From an uncultured Gemmatimonadales bacterium (lineage in GTDB: Bacteria; Gemmatimonadota; Gemmatimonadetes; Gemmatimonadales; GWC2-71-9), in the NCBI GenBank assembly GCA_963812085.1, contig CAWETL010000003.1, positions 215,314 to 279,313 of the forward strand: a stretch of 64,000 nucleotides of DNA, read 5' to 3'. Position 1 is the first letter of the stretch. Every line of letters begins with the position of its first letter. The notes below the pieces were generated by a model. It saw nothing but the letters and a program-made list of their open reading frames with translations. It was not told where the DNA came from and searched no databases. Position numbers and translations under genes: made by a program. Positions 19,721 through 28,527 of the stretch are shown in pieces.

Positions 19721-20905
19721 TCACGGGTGGAGGGGCGGTGTGACCGTCGCCATGGTCGAGAGCGACGGGGTGCAGTCCTGGGCGGCGACGGCGTACTGGT
19801 ACGCCGAGTCGACGAGCGCCGACTGGTCGGCGAAGCTGGGCGACGTGGCGCCCGAGGGCACCGACGCGAGCGGCTCGTTCCACGTCGTGGCCCCCACCAT
19901 GCGGCGCCAGATGATGTAGGCCTGGACGTCCGACTCGCCGCCGGTCTCGTCCACCGCCTGGTTCCAGCGGAGCAGCATGAAGGTGTCGGGCGGCGCCGCG
20001 GCGGTGTTGATGGTCCACGTGGCGGTCAGCCCCGAGCCGAAGATCGGCAGGTCGCCGCAGCTGGTGACCTTCTTGGTCCCGACGTTCGGCATCGGCACCA
20101 TGAACGAGATCGCCCGGGTGCGCTGCGCGGCCCCCGTGAGCCCGTTGGTCACCGTGAACGCCACCTCGACCGACGCCAGGCTGTCGATCCGGGCCGCCGC
20201 GGCGGTGTCGGAGGGCATGCCGTGGACGCCCTGGGTGTGACGGAGCGGCATCCAGGCGGTCGGCACGCTGTCGAGGGAGGACATCGACGTGCCGGCGGCG
20301 GGCACGCGCTTGTAGTAGTAGCGGAAGAAGTTCCGGCCGGTGGTCGGGATGACGTTCCGGATCACCACCTCCGGCGCCTGGTCGTTGACCTGGCGCTCGA
20401 GGACGTAGTCGTTGGTCGGCGTGGCGGTCGAGGTGTCCAGCTGGAAGAACCAGGTGATCGTCTCGGCCGGGCTGTTGATGCCGGCGTTGCCGTCGGCGGA
20501 GTAGCTGGAGTCGGGATAGTTGAACGCCGGGCTCGACCCCGGCAGGGCGAAGCGCTGCGAGGCGGTGAGCGCGTTGCGCTGGCCGGCCGGGAGCCCGGGG
20601 TTGTAGTACACGGTGTAGAGGCTGTCCACGTTCGAGGCGTAGTCGGCGTTGAAGCTCACCGAATTGGTGCCCGCGTAGATGATGACGGGCTGCTTGTACG
20701 GCACGTTGGCCCCGGCCATCCGGATCTCCTCCTGCAGGAGCGAGCCGGAGAAGGTCAGGTTCTGGAGCATCCCCATCTCCTGCGAGTTCTTGTCCAGCCC
20801 CTTGCCCTGGGTGGACAGGAACTTGAGCGCGGCGCCCAGGATGATCGTGAAGACGGTGAGCGCGATGAGCATCTCGATCAGGGTCATGCCGCGGCGGTTC
20901 CGCAT
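19721..20905 (-). CDS. PilW-like minor pilin, set 2
   Basis: ATG 20905: MRNRRG|MTLIEMLIALTVFTIILG. 394 aa. Confidence 0.7.
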   Translation of the reverse strand: MRNRRGMTLIEMLIALTVFTIILGAALKFLSTQGKGLDKNSQEMGMLQNLTFSGSLLQEEIRMAGANVPYKQPVIIYAGTNSVSFNADYASNVDSLYTVYYNPGLPAGQRNALTASQRFALPGSSPAFNYPDSSYSADGNAGINSPAETITWFFQLDTSTATPTNDYVLERQVNDQAPEVVIRNVIPTTGRNFFRYYYKRVPAAGTSMSSLDSVPTAWMPLRHTQGVHGMPSDTAAAARIDSLASVEVAFTVTNGLTGAAQRTRAISFMVPMPNVGTKKVTSCGDLPIFGSGLTATWTINTAAAPPDTFMLLRWNQAVDETGGESDVQAYIIWRRMVGATTWNEPLASVPSGATSPSFADQSALVDSAYQYAVAAQDCTPSLSTMATVTPPLHP

Positions 20906-20919
20906 GGCCGGTCGCTCCT

Positions 20920-21321
20920 TCACTTGGCCACCGTGATCGTCCGGCTGACCGACGGCGTGAGGCCGGTGCCGGTGACGACGACGGTGATCCGCTTGTAGTT
21001 GTTGAGGGAGTCGGCCACGCCGGAGAGCGTGGCGTCGCCCGTCACCGTCGTGGTCCGCGTGAAGCCGTAGGTGCCGAGCCCGGTGACGGTGCCCTTGCAC
21101 TTGCCGGCGGAGGTCGAGTCGAGGGCGGCGTAGTTCGGTTCCGCCCGGCAGCGCGCGATCCAGGCGTCGGCGATGGCGTTGGCCTCGTTCCGGATCCGGT
21201 TGGTTCCCACGGCGTGGGTGAACTTGACCTGCGCGGCGGGGATCACCAGCAGGACGATGGCGAGCACCGTCACCGCGAGGACCACCTCGATCAGCGTGAA
21301 GCCTCCGACTCCCTTGCGCAT
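20920..21321 (-). CDS. PilV-like minor pilin, set 2
   Basis: KGVGG|FTLIEVVLAVTVLAIVLL. 133 aa. Confidence 0.7.
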   Translation of the reverse strand: MRKGVGGFTLIEVVLAVTVLAIVLLVIPAAQVKFTHAVGTNRIRNEANAIADAWIARCRAEPNYAALDSTSAGKCKGTVTGLGTYGFTRTTTVTGDATLSGVADSLNNYKRITVVVTGTGLTPSVSRTITVAK

Positions 21322-21912
21322 TCAGAACCCCCGAATCCAGGTGGTGCCGTTCCACCGCAGCCACTCGGCGCGGCCGGTGGCGCGGCTGATTTCCATGGCC
21401 CAGGTCTCGCTGCCGTGTCCTGGCGCTCCCGCCATCGCCTTGGCCGTGCTCAGGTAGACGCCGCCGGCCTCCTTGGCGCTCCCGTTGCGGTAGAACACGA
21501 TGTCGGGGAGGCTGGTGGTCTGCTCGGTGCTGATGAAGTTGATCGCGTTCGCGCCGAAGGGGCGGGCGGTGACCGTGGCCGGCTTCCCGAAGACGACGCC
21601 TTCGCCCAGGGAGACCGCCCGGACGCGCTCGCCGGGAGAGATGGACTCGTCATTGGTGGAATCATCGACCACCCGGAGCTGGCGGCGCGTGGCGTCGACG
21701 ATGACGACGACGTTGTGCTGCTTGGCGATCGCGTCCCGCTGCAGGGCCAGCATGGTGGTGCCCAGGGACTGCACCGACGACTTGGACCGGATCCCGGAGA
21801 GGTTGATGCTGGGGAGCGCGATCGCCGCCGTGATGCCGACGATGATGATCACGATCAGCATCTCGACCAGGGTGAACCCCGCCCGGGCCCTGACATGTCG
21901 CTTGCTCCCCAT
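21322..21912 (-). CDS. FimT/GspH-like minor pilin, set 2
   Basis: ATG 21912: MGSKRHVRARAG|FTLVEMLIVIIIVGITAAIALPS. The stop abuts the next gene's start. Confidence 0.7.
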   Translation of the reverse strand: MGSKRHVRARAGFTLVEMLIVIIIVGITAAIALPSINLSGIRSKSSVQSLGTTMLALQRDAIAKQHNVVVIVDATRRQLRVVDDSTNDESISPGERVRAVSLGEGVVFGKPATVTARPFGANAINFISTEQTTSLPDIVFYRNGSAKEAGGVYLSTAKAMAGAPGHGSETWAMEISRATGRAEWLRWNGTTWIRGF

Positions 21913-22236
21913 CGGTTCTCCCGCACGGATTCGAGTGGCCGGAACAGCCGGCGGCCGGGTGGGTGGCGAAGCGGCCGCCCGGTGGCGCCGAAGAACACGC
22001 CGGTCTCTGTGGAGAAAGAGCAATTCGAGTGCCCACTGTCGGCAATTACATAAGCGCTTGTTGCAGAATGGGTTGGACGCCGACCGCCGGCCACCGATCG
22101 CGCACGTGACCGCCGATCGTGCCGCGGATTGCGCGCAGTGCCTTGCATCCGGCCCGTTGCTTGTCGGTCCCCCGGGCCCCGTCTATTATCCGCCCGTACC
22201 CGAAGCGATCCCTTCCCCGACCCCGCGAGCCGGCAG

Positions 22237-23568
22237 ATGGCCGACACCACCCTCATGGACAAGATCGTGTCGCTCTGCAAGCGGCGCGGTTTCATCTTTC
22301 AGTCGTCGGAGATCTACGGCGGCCTCGGCTCCGTCTGGGACTACGGCCCCCTCGGCGTCGAGCTCAAGAAGAACGTCAAGGACCGCTGGTGGCGGGCCAT
22401 GGTCCACGCCCGCGACGACATCGAGGGTCTCGACGCGGCCATCCTGATGCACCCCAAGGTCTGGGAGGCCTCGGGGCACGTCTCCGGATTCACCGACCCG
22501 CTGGTCGACTGCAAGACCTGCAAGGCGCGCTTCCGCGCGGACAAGATCCAGGACGCCCAGTGCCCGCAGAAGCCCAGCAAGCGGCCGGGCGAGCACACCA
22601 CCTGCGAGCTGACCGAGCCGCGGATGTTCAACCTCATGTTCAAGACCTTCATGGGGCCGGTGGAGGAGTCCGCGGCCGTGGTGTACCTCCGCCCCGAAAC
22701 GGCGCAGGGGATCTACGTCAACTACCTCAACGTCCTCCAGGGTTCGCGGCAGAAGGTGCCCTTCGGCATTGCGCAGATCGGGAAGGCGTTCCGCAACGAG
22801 ATCACGCCCGGCAACTTCATCTTCCGGACCCGCGAGTTCGAGCAGATGGAAATGCAGTTCTTCGTCAAGCCGGGCACCGACGCCGAGTGGTTCGAACACT
22901 GGCGGGAGTGGCGGATGGCCTGGCACCACGCCCTCGGCCTCAATCCCGCCAGGCTGCGCTGGCACGAACACGGCCCCGGCGAGCTGGCGCACTACGCCAA
23001 GGCGGCGTACGACATCGAGTACGAGTTTCCCTTCGGCTGGAACGAAATCGAGGGGATCCACAACCGCACCGACTTCGACCTGCAGCGGCACCAGAGCTAC
23101 TCCGGCAAGAAGCTCGACTACTTCGACCAGCCCAACAACGAGCGGTTCGTCCCCTTCGTCGTCGAGACCTCGGCGGGCGCCGACCGGGTGACGCTCACCA
23201 CGCTGGTGGACGCCTACCGCGAGGAGCAGGTGGAGGGGGAGACGCGCGTGGTGCTCGGCTTCCACCCCGCCATCGCCCCCGTCAAGGTCGGGGTCTTCCC
23301 GCTCGTCAAGAAGGACGGGATGCCGGAGTACGCCACCCGCCTCTATCACGAGATCAAGCAGCACGTCAACGCGTTCTACGACGACAGCGGCGCCGTGGGC
23401 CGCCGGTACCGCCGCATGGACGAGGCCGGCACGCCGTTCTGCGTCACGGTGGACGGACAGACGCTGCAGGACGGCACCGTGACGGTGCGGCACCGGGACG
23501 CGATGAACCAGGACCGCATCGCGGCGGACCAGCTCAAGGGGTGGGTGAAGGCACGGGTCGAGGGCTGA
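22237..23568 (+). CDS. glyQS: Glycine--tRNA ligase (dimeric class II, GlyQS type)
   Basis: ATG 22237: [46 protein letters not shown]... [21 protein letters not shown] (motif 2). Confidence 0.95.
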   Translation: MADTTLMDKIVSLCKRRGFIFQSSEIYGGLGSVWDYGPLGVELKKNVKDRWWRAMVHARDDIEGLDAAILMHPKVWEASGHVSGFTDPLVDCKTCKARFRADKIQDAQCPQKPSKRPGEHTTCELTEPRMFNLMFKTFMGPVEESAAVVYLRPETAQGIYVNYLNVLQGSRQKVPFGIAQIGKAFRNEITPGNFIFRTREFEQMEMQFFVKPGTDAEWFEHWREWRMAWHHALGLNPARLRWHEHGPGELAHYAKAAYDIEYEFPFGWNEIEGIHNRTDFDLQRHQSYSGKKLDYFDQPNNERFVPFVVETSAGADRVTLTTLVDAYREEQVEGETRVVLGFHPAIAPVKVGVFPLVKKDGMPEYATRLYHEIKQHVNAFYDDSGAVGRRYRRMDEAGTPFCVTVDGQTLQDGTVTVRHRDAMNQDRIAADQLKGWVKARVEG

Positions 23569-23584
23569 GCAGAGAGGCGGCACG

Positions 23585-24856
23585 ATGAGCGGGGACCTGC
23601 GCGAAATCGGCGGGCGGAAGCTGCGCCCCGAGAGCCTGATGATGAGCTACGGGTACGACCCGCGGCTGAGCGAGGGCGCGGTCAAGTGCCCCATCTTCCA
23701 GACCTCGACCTTCGCCTTCGAGTCGGCGGAGCAGGGCAAGGCCTTCTTCGAGTTGGCGTACGGCCTCCGGGAGCAGGGCCGCGACGAAGAGGTCGGGCTG
23801 ATCTACAGCCGCCTCAACAATCCGGACCTCGAGATCCTCGAGGGCCGGCTGGCGCTCTGGGACGAAGCCGAATCCTGCGCGGTGTTCGCCAGCGGCATGG
23901 CGGCGATCACCACGTCGCTCTTGGCCTTCCTCACCCCCGGCGACGTGCTGGTCCACAGCGAGCCGCTCTACGGCGGCACCGACCATTTCATCAAGCACTT
24001 CCTCCCGCGGCTGGGCGTCATCCCGGTCGGCTTCCTGGCCGGCGTGCCGATGGCGGAACTGGCCGCGGAGCTGACCGCCCGCATCGGCGGACGGCCAGTC
24101 GCCGCGGCGCTGGTCGAAACGCCCGCCAACCCGACCAACGGGCTGGTGGACATCCGGGGCCTGAGCGACCTGGTGCACGGCATGGCCGCCCCTGGCCGCC
24201 CCGCCGTGATGATGGTGGACAACACGTTCCTCGGGCCGCTCTTCCAGCACCCGCTCCAGCACGGCGCCGACCTGGTCATCTATTCCGCCACGAAGTTCAT
24301 CGGCGGGCACAGCGACGTGATCGCCGGCGCGGTCTCCGGCTCCGCGGCCGCGATGCTGCCGGTGCGCACGCTGCGGTCCTTCATGGGCACGATGGCGGGG
24401 CCGTGGAGCGGCTGGCTGCTGCTCCGGAGCCTCGAGACCCTCAAGATGCGGATGACGGCGGCGATGAAGAACGCGCGCTACGTGGCCGACTTCCTGGCCG
24501 ACCATCCCAAGGTCGAGGCGGTGCACTACCTCGGCCACCTCGCCGAGAGCGACCCGATGTACCAGCTGTACCGGCGGCAGTGCGTGGCGGCGGGCTCGGT
24601 GATCTCCTTCGACGTGCGCGGCGGGCAGCCGGGGGCGTTCCGCTTCCTCAACGCCCTCCAGATGGTGAAGCTGGCGGTGAGCCTCGGCGGCACCGAGTCC
24701 CTCGCCGAACATCCGGGCTCGATGACCCACGCCGACGTGCCGCCCGCCGACCAGGCCCGCATGGGGATGACGCCGGGGATGGTGCGGCTGTCGGTGGGCG
24801 TGGAGCACTATGAGGACTTGATTGCGGACCTCGGCCAGGCGCTCGAAGCGGTCTAG
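23585..24856 (+). CDS. Cys/Met-metabolism PLP-dependent enzyme (methionine gamma-lyase / cystathionine gamma-synthase family)
   Basis: PIFQTSTFAF N-terminal block and PLP-lysine block YSATKFIGGHSD. 423 aa. Confidence 0.85.
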   Translation: MSGDLREIGGRKLRPESLMMSYGYDPRLSEGAVKCPIFQTSTFAFESAEQGKAFFELAYGLREQGRDEEVGLIYSRLNNPDLEILEGRLALWDEAESCAVFASGMAAITTSLLAFLTPGDVLVHSEPLYGGTDHFIKHFLPRLGVIPVGFLAGVPMAELAAELTARIGGRPVAAALVETPANPTNGLVDIRGLSDLVHGMAAPGRPAVMMVDNTFLGPLFQHPLQHGADLVIYSATKFIGGHSDVIAGAVSGSAAAMLPVRTLRSFMGTMAGPWSGWLLLRSLETLKMRMTAAMKNARYVADFLADHPKVEAVHYLGHLAESDPMYQLYRRQCVAAGSVISFDVRGGQPGAFRFLNALQMVKLAVSLGGTESLAEHPGSMTHADVPPADQARMGMTPGMVRLSVGVEHYEDLIADLGQALEAV

Positions 24857-24892
24857 AACGGGACCGAGGATCGGGAGCGCGACCACCTGCTT

Positions 24893-24979
24893 CTGTCATT
24901 GCGAGGCCACGCAGTGGCCGAAGCAATCTGTCCCGAGATTGCTTCGTCGGCCCCTGGTGGGGCCTCCTCGCAATGACAG
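24893..24979. repeat. Family-B palindromic element (CTGTCATTGCGAGG...CCTCGCAATGACAG termini)
   Basis: 14-nt terminal inverted repeats enclosing nested hairpins (CCGAAGCAATCT...AGATTGCTTCG). A second copy in the opposite internal orientation lies at 59900-60000. Confidence 0.8.
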
Positions 24980-24993
24980 AATCGAGGAGCGCC

Positions 24994-25695
24994 ATGCGGC
25001 TGAGTGATTTCCGATCCCTGGTCGCCCGCCTCAGCCGGGAGGTGCCCGGGGAGTTCCTCGACGGCATCTCGGAGATCACCGTCTCCCCGCGCGCCGTGCC
25101 GCATCCCACCCGCGCGGAGATCTTCACCCTCGGCCAGTGCATTCCCTTCCACGCCGGCGAGACCGGCGCCCCCGACGAAATCCAGAGCCGGGTGGTCCTC
25201 TATCACGGCTCCTTTCGCGCCCTGGCCGAGCTCGACCCCGCGTTCGACTGGCGGACCGAGGCCTGGGACACCCTGACCCACGAACTCCGGCACCACCTCG
25301 AATGGCGGGCCCGCGAGGGGGCGCTCGAGGCGTTTGACGAAGCCGCGGAGGAGAATTTCGCGCGCCTTGACGGCGAGCCCTTCGACCCCGAGTTCCACCT
25401 CGGCGGGGAGCGGGTCGCAGACGGCGTCTACCAGGTGGACGACGACTTCTTCCTCGACCGGGTCGTCCGACGGCTGCCCGCGGTCCTGGAGTTCGGCTGG
25501 CACGGGCGCCCCTACCGCGCCGCCATGCCGCCGGGCGCCACGCTGCCCGCCTTCCTCACCGTCGAAGGCGTCTCGGACCCGCCGCCGGGCGAACTGGTGG
25601 TGGTCCTCCGCCGCCGCGCCGGGTGGCGGGCCCTCTTCCGGCGGCCCGCGGCGTTCCAGGCCGCCGTGGCGGCGGAAGCGGCGGGGGGCGATTAA
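24994..25695 (+). CDS. Putative zinc metallopeptidase-like protein (HExxH)
   Basis: Single HExxH motif (THELRHHLEW). Start placed at ATG 24994, downstream of the repeat. Family assignment not verifiable here. Confidence 0.45.
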   Translation: MRLSDFRSLVARLSREVPGEFLDGISEITVSPRAVPHPTRAEIFTLGQCIPFHAGETGAPDEIQSRVVLYHGSFRALAELDPAFDWRTEAWDTLTHELRHHLEWRAREGALEAFDEAAEENFARLDGEPFDPEFHLGGERVADGVYQVDDDFFLDRVVRRLPAVLEFGWHGRPYRAAMPPGATLPAFLTVEGVSDPPPGELVVVLRRRAGWRALFRRPAAFQAAVAAEAAGGD

Positions 25696-25731
25696 CTTCC
25701 GCGGAGATTCCCAACGCGCCGGAGGGGTGTC

Positions 25732-26883
25732 ATGCGGGGCATGCTGTACGTGGGGCTCGCGCTCGCCGCCGCGCCGCTCGCGGCCCAGACGGCCGCTCCG
25801 GCGTACCGGGTGGGCGTGGTGAGCGAGTCGGGCGACATCGTGACCTGGCTCCGGCCCGAGGGAAACACCCTGGTCGTGGATCACGTGCTCCCGGTCGGGA
25901 TCATGCCGGCCGACATCGACGGACCCCACAACATCACCGTCTCCCCCGACCAGAAGTGGTACTACGTGTCGATCGCGCACGGCACGCCGTACGGCAGCCT
26001 CTGGCGCTTCGACGCGACGAACGACACGGTGGCAGGGCGCGCGCCGATCGAGCTCTTTCCCACCACCATCTCCGTCACGCCCGACGGCGACTTCGCGTTC
26101 GTGGCCAACTCCGACTTCTACGGCGACCACCCGCGGACCAACTACGTCTCGGCGGTGTACACCCCCGAGATGAACACCATCACCGAGATCGAAGCCTGCG
26201 ACATGCCGCACGGCGTGAAGGTGAACCACGCGGGGACGGCGGTGTGGGTCTCCTGCATGCACAGCGACGAGATCCTGCAGATCGACGTCTCCTCGCTGGC
26301 CGTGGTCCGGCGCGCCAAGACCGGTTCCGGGATGAGCATGCCGGCCGCGGCGGCAGGCGCGCACGCCGGAATGAACCACGGCGCCCTCGTGCCGGCCCCG
26401 ACCGCTCCGCAGCCCGCGGTCACCACCCCGGCGGCGCCGGTGGTGGACAACGAATGCGCGCCCACCTTCGTGAGCGTCTCGCGCGACGACCAGACGCTCT
26501 ACGTGGCCTGCAACCACAAGGGCACCCTGCAGGTGTGGGACGCGGTGGCACTCATGATGAAGGCCGAAGTGCCGACCGGCGCTGGGGCGTACAACGTGGA
26601 GCCGTCGCCCGACGGGCGAGTGGTGATCGTGACCAACAAGAAAGCCCAGAGCGTGAGCATCATCGACGCCGCCACGCTGAAGGAGCTGGCCCGGGTGGCC
26701 ACGACCAAGAAGATCGTGCACGGCATCGCCTACAGCCCGGATAGCCGCTACGCCTACGTCACGCAGGAGTCGATCGGGGCCGACCCCGGGGCCGTCGACG
26801 TCGTCGACCTGACCACGCTCACCAAGGTGAGCACGACGCCGATCCCGGCGCAGCCGACCGGCATCACCATCCTCAAGCGCTGA
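25732..26883 (+). CDS. Secreted YncE/YVTN-type beta-propeller repeat protein
   Basis: Signal peptide MRGMLYVGLALAAAPLAAQ. Recurrent ...P.GI..SPDG...YV.N... repeats (VSPDQKWYYVS, VTPDGDFAFVAN, PSPDGRVVIVTN, YSPDSRYAYVT). Confidence 0.6.
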   Translation: MRGMLYVGLALAAAPLAAQTAAPAYRVGVVSESGDIVTWLRPEGNTLVVDHVLPVGIMPADIDGPHNITVSPDQKWYYVSIAHGTPYGSLWRFDATNDTVAGRAPIELFPTTISVTPDGDFAFVANSDFYGDHPRTNYVSAVYTPEMNTITEIEACDMPHGVKVNHAGTAVWVSCMHSDEILQIDVSSLAVVRRAKTGSGMSMPAAAAGAHAGMNHGALVPAPTAPQPAVTTPAAPVVDNECAPTFVSVSRDDQTLYVACNHKGTLQVWDAVALMMKAEVPTGAGAYNVEPSPDGRVVIVTNKKAQSVSIIDAATLKELARVATTKKIVHGIAYSPDSRYAYVTQESIGADPGAVDVVDLTTLTKVSTTPIPAQPTGITILKR

Positions 26884-26891
26884 GCCACACC

Positions 26892-27164
26892 ATGGTCCAC
26901 GAGACGCTGACCACACTCGACGGCGCGGAGGTGATCCGCCGCGCCAAGGCCTTCTTCAGCCAGCGCGTGCCGCAGATGGCCGCGTTTCCCGAGGAGGAAG
27001 GCCCCGCGTTCCTGACGCTTCGCGGGCAGGGTGGCGAGGAGATCGCGCTGGCGGTCTTCGCCGCCGAGGGCGGCACCCGGGTCCGCGCATCCACGCTGTA
27101 CTTCGACCAGGGAATCGCGCGCTTCCTGTCCACGCTGCCGGAACCGGCGGAGGTGACGGCATGA
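26892..27164 (+). CDS. Hypothetical protein (90 aa)
   Basis: GC3-rich ORF 8 nt after the propeller gene. Its stop overlaps the next start (ATGA). Confidence 0.45.
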   Translation: MVHETLTTLDGAEVIRRAKAFFSQRVPQMAAFPEEEGPAFLTLRGQGGEEIALAVFAAEGGTRVRASTLYFDQGIARFLSTLPEPAEVTA

Positions 27165-27421
27165 GCGGCGCGCTCCGCCTTCGGGTCACGGTGCAGGACG
27201 CCTGGGACGCGGTGCCGCTCGAGCTCCCGGACTCGACGCCGGTCGCCGAGTTGAAGCTGCGCGCGCTCGCGATGGCGCACGTGACCGGGGATCCGGGCGG
27301 GTACGAGGTGAAGTTTCGCGGCGCGACGCTCCGGAACGAGGCCGTGACGCTGGCCGACGCGCGCGTCGTGGACAACGCGGCCCTGATCGTGCTCCCCGTC
27401 CGCCGCCAGGCGGTTCGCTAG
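27161..27421 (+). CDS. Hypothetical small protein with a ubiquitin-like (beta-grasp) sequence pattern
   Basis: 86 aa. LRLRVTV...PVAELKLRAL...YEVKFRGATLRNEAVTLADARVVDNAALIVLP mirrors the ubiquitin secondary-structure order. No C-terminal GG. Confidence 0.4.
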   Translation: MSGALRLRVTVQDAWDAVPLELPDSTPVAELKLRALAMAHVTGDPGGYEVKFRGATLRNEAVTLADARVVDNAALIVLPVRRQAVR

Positions 27422-27445
27422 CTCCCTCCTCCATCGGCGGGCTCG

Positions 27446-28342
27446 ATGGCCGTCGCCGTCTTCAGTCATCCCAGCTGCGTGCTCCACGACCCCGGCCCCG
27501 GGCATCCCGAGGCGCCGGGGCGGCTCACGGCCGTGCTGGACGCGCTGGCCGAATTGCCCGGGGTGGATCTCTGCGTTGCGACGCCGGCGAACCCGGACAC
27601 CCTCCTCTCGGTGCACCCACGGGCCCATCTCGAGATGCTCGCCGAGGCGAGCGCTGCGGGCGGGCGGCGCCTCGACGCGGATACCGTCGTCTCTCCCTCG
27701 AGCTGGGATGCCGTCCTCGGTGCCACCGGCGCGGTGCTCGAGGCGGTGGCGCGGGCGCACGGCGGCACCTCCCACGCCTTTGCCGCGGTGCGGCCGCCGG
27801 GGCACCACGCGCTGGCCGACCGGGTGATGGGCTTCTGCCTGGTGAGCAACGCCGTGGTGGCCGCCCGGCGGTTCCAGGCGCTCGGGCGCCGGCGCGTGCT
27901 GATCGTGGACTGGGACGTGCACCACGGCAACGGGACCCAGGCGCTGGTGGAGCACGACGCCGACATCCGCTTCGTGTCGCTGCACCAGTGGCCCTGGTGG
28001 CCCGGGACGGGCGCGGCGGACGAGCGGGGGGTGGGCAACATCTTCAACGTGCCGCGGCCCGCGGGCCTGGCGCCCGAGGAGTACGTGCGGGACCTCTGGC
28101 TGGCCATCGAGGCGGCGACAACGAACTGGGGTGCGGAGGCGGTGATCGTCTCGGCCGGGTTCGACGCGATGGCCGGCGATCCGCTGGGGGGATTCACGCT
28201 CGAGCCGCGGCACTACCGGATCCTGACCGAACGGCTCAGAGCGCGCCTGCCGGATGTCCCGATCGTCGGGACGCTGGAGGGCGGGTACATCCCCGGCCGG
28301 CTGGCCAAGGGGACCGCGGCGTTCGTGGCGGCGCTCGCCTAG
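27446..28342 (+). CDS. Histone deacetylase-family amidohydrolase (AcuC / acetylpolyamine deacetylase-like)
   Basis: RPPGHHA, FCLVSN, VLIVDWDVHHGNGTQ, SAGFDA and LEGGY motifs. Confidence 0.85.
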   Translation: MAVAVFSHPSCVLHDPGPGHPEAPGRLTAVLDALAELPGVDLCVATPANPDTLLSVHPRAHLEMLAEASAAGGRRLDADTVVSPSSWDAVLGATGAVLEAVARAHGGTSHAFAAVRPPGHHALADRVMGFCLVSNAVVAARRFQALGRRRVLIVDWDVHHGNGTQALVEHDADIRFVSLHQWPWWPGTGAADERGVGNIFNVPRPAGLAPEEYVRDLWLAIEAATTNWGAEAVIVSAGFDAMAGDPLGGFTLEPRHYRILTERLRARLPDVPIVGTLEGGYIPGRLAKGTAAFVAALA

Positions 28343-28362
28343 TTCCGCCCTCAAGGGCAAAG

Positions 28363-28474
28363 ACGAGGGAGGGTCGGAAAAGAGCCGGAGAATCAGAACT
28401 TGGGAATGGAGGGTGGCGGTCGCGCCCACTCAGTCGGTTTTTCCGACCTTCCCTTTCTTCCGACCCTCCCTCGT
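28363..28474. repeat. 112-bp element with 17-nt terminal inverted repeats
   Basis: ACGAGGGAGGGTCGGAA (28363-28379) versus its reverse complement TTCCGACCCTCCCTCGT (28458-28474). A partial extra right-arm copy sits near 28441-28453. Confidence 0.65.
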
Positions 28475-28527
28475 TTCAGTACTTGCGGGGCGTTAACTTG
28501 CCTCTGCTCCCGTATCGACCGTGCCAT

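Noticed and set aside
22024-22236. T-box or other leader RNA upstream of glyQS, or upstream of trpS at 9221-9256.
   Set aside because: No specifier-loop or T-box consensus is recognisable. The trpS spacer is only about 36 nt. The glyQS spacer more likely holds the divergent promoters for glyQS and the pilin operon.
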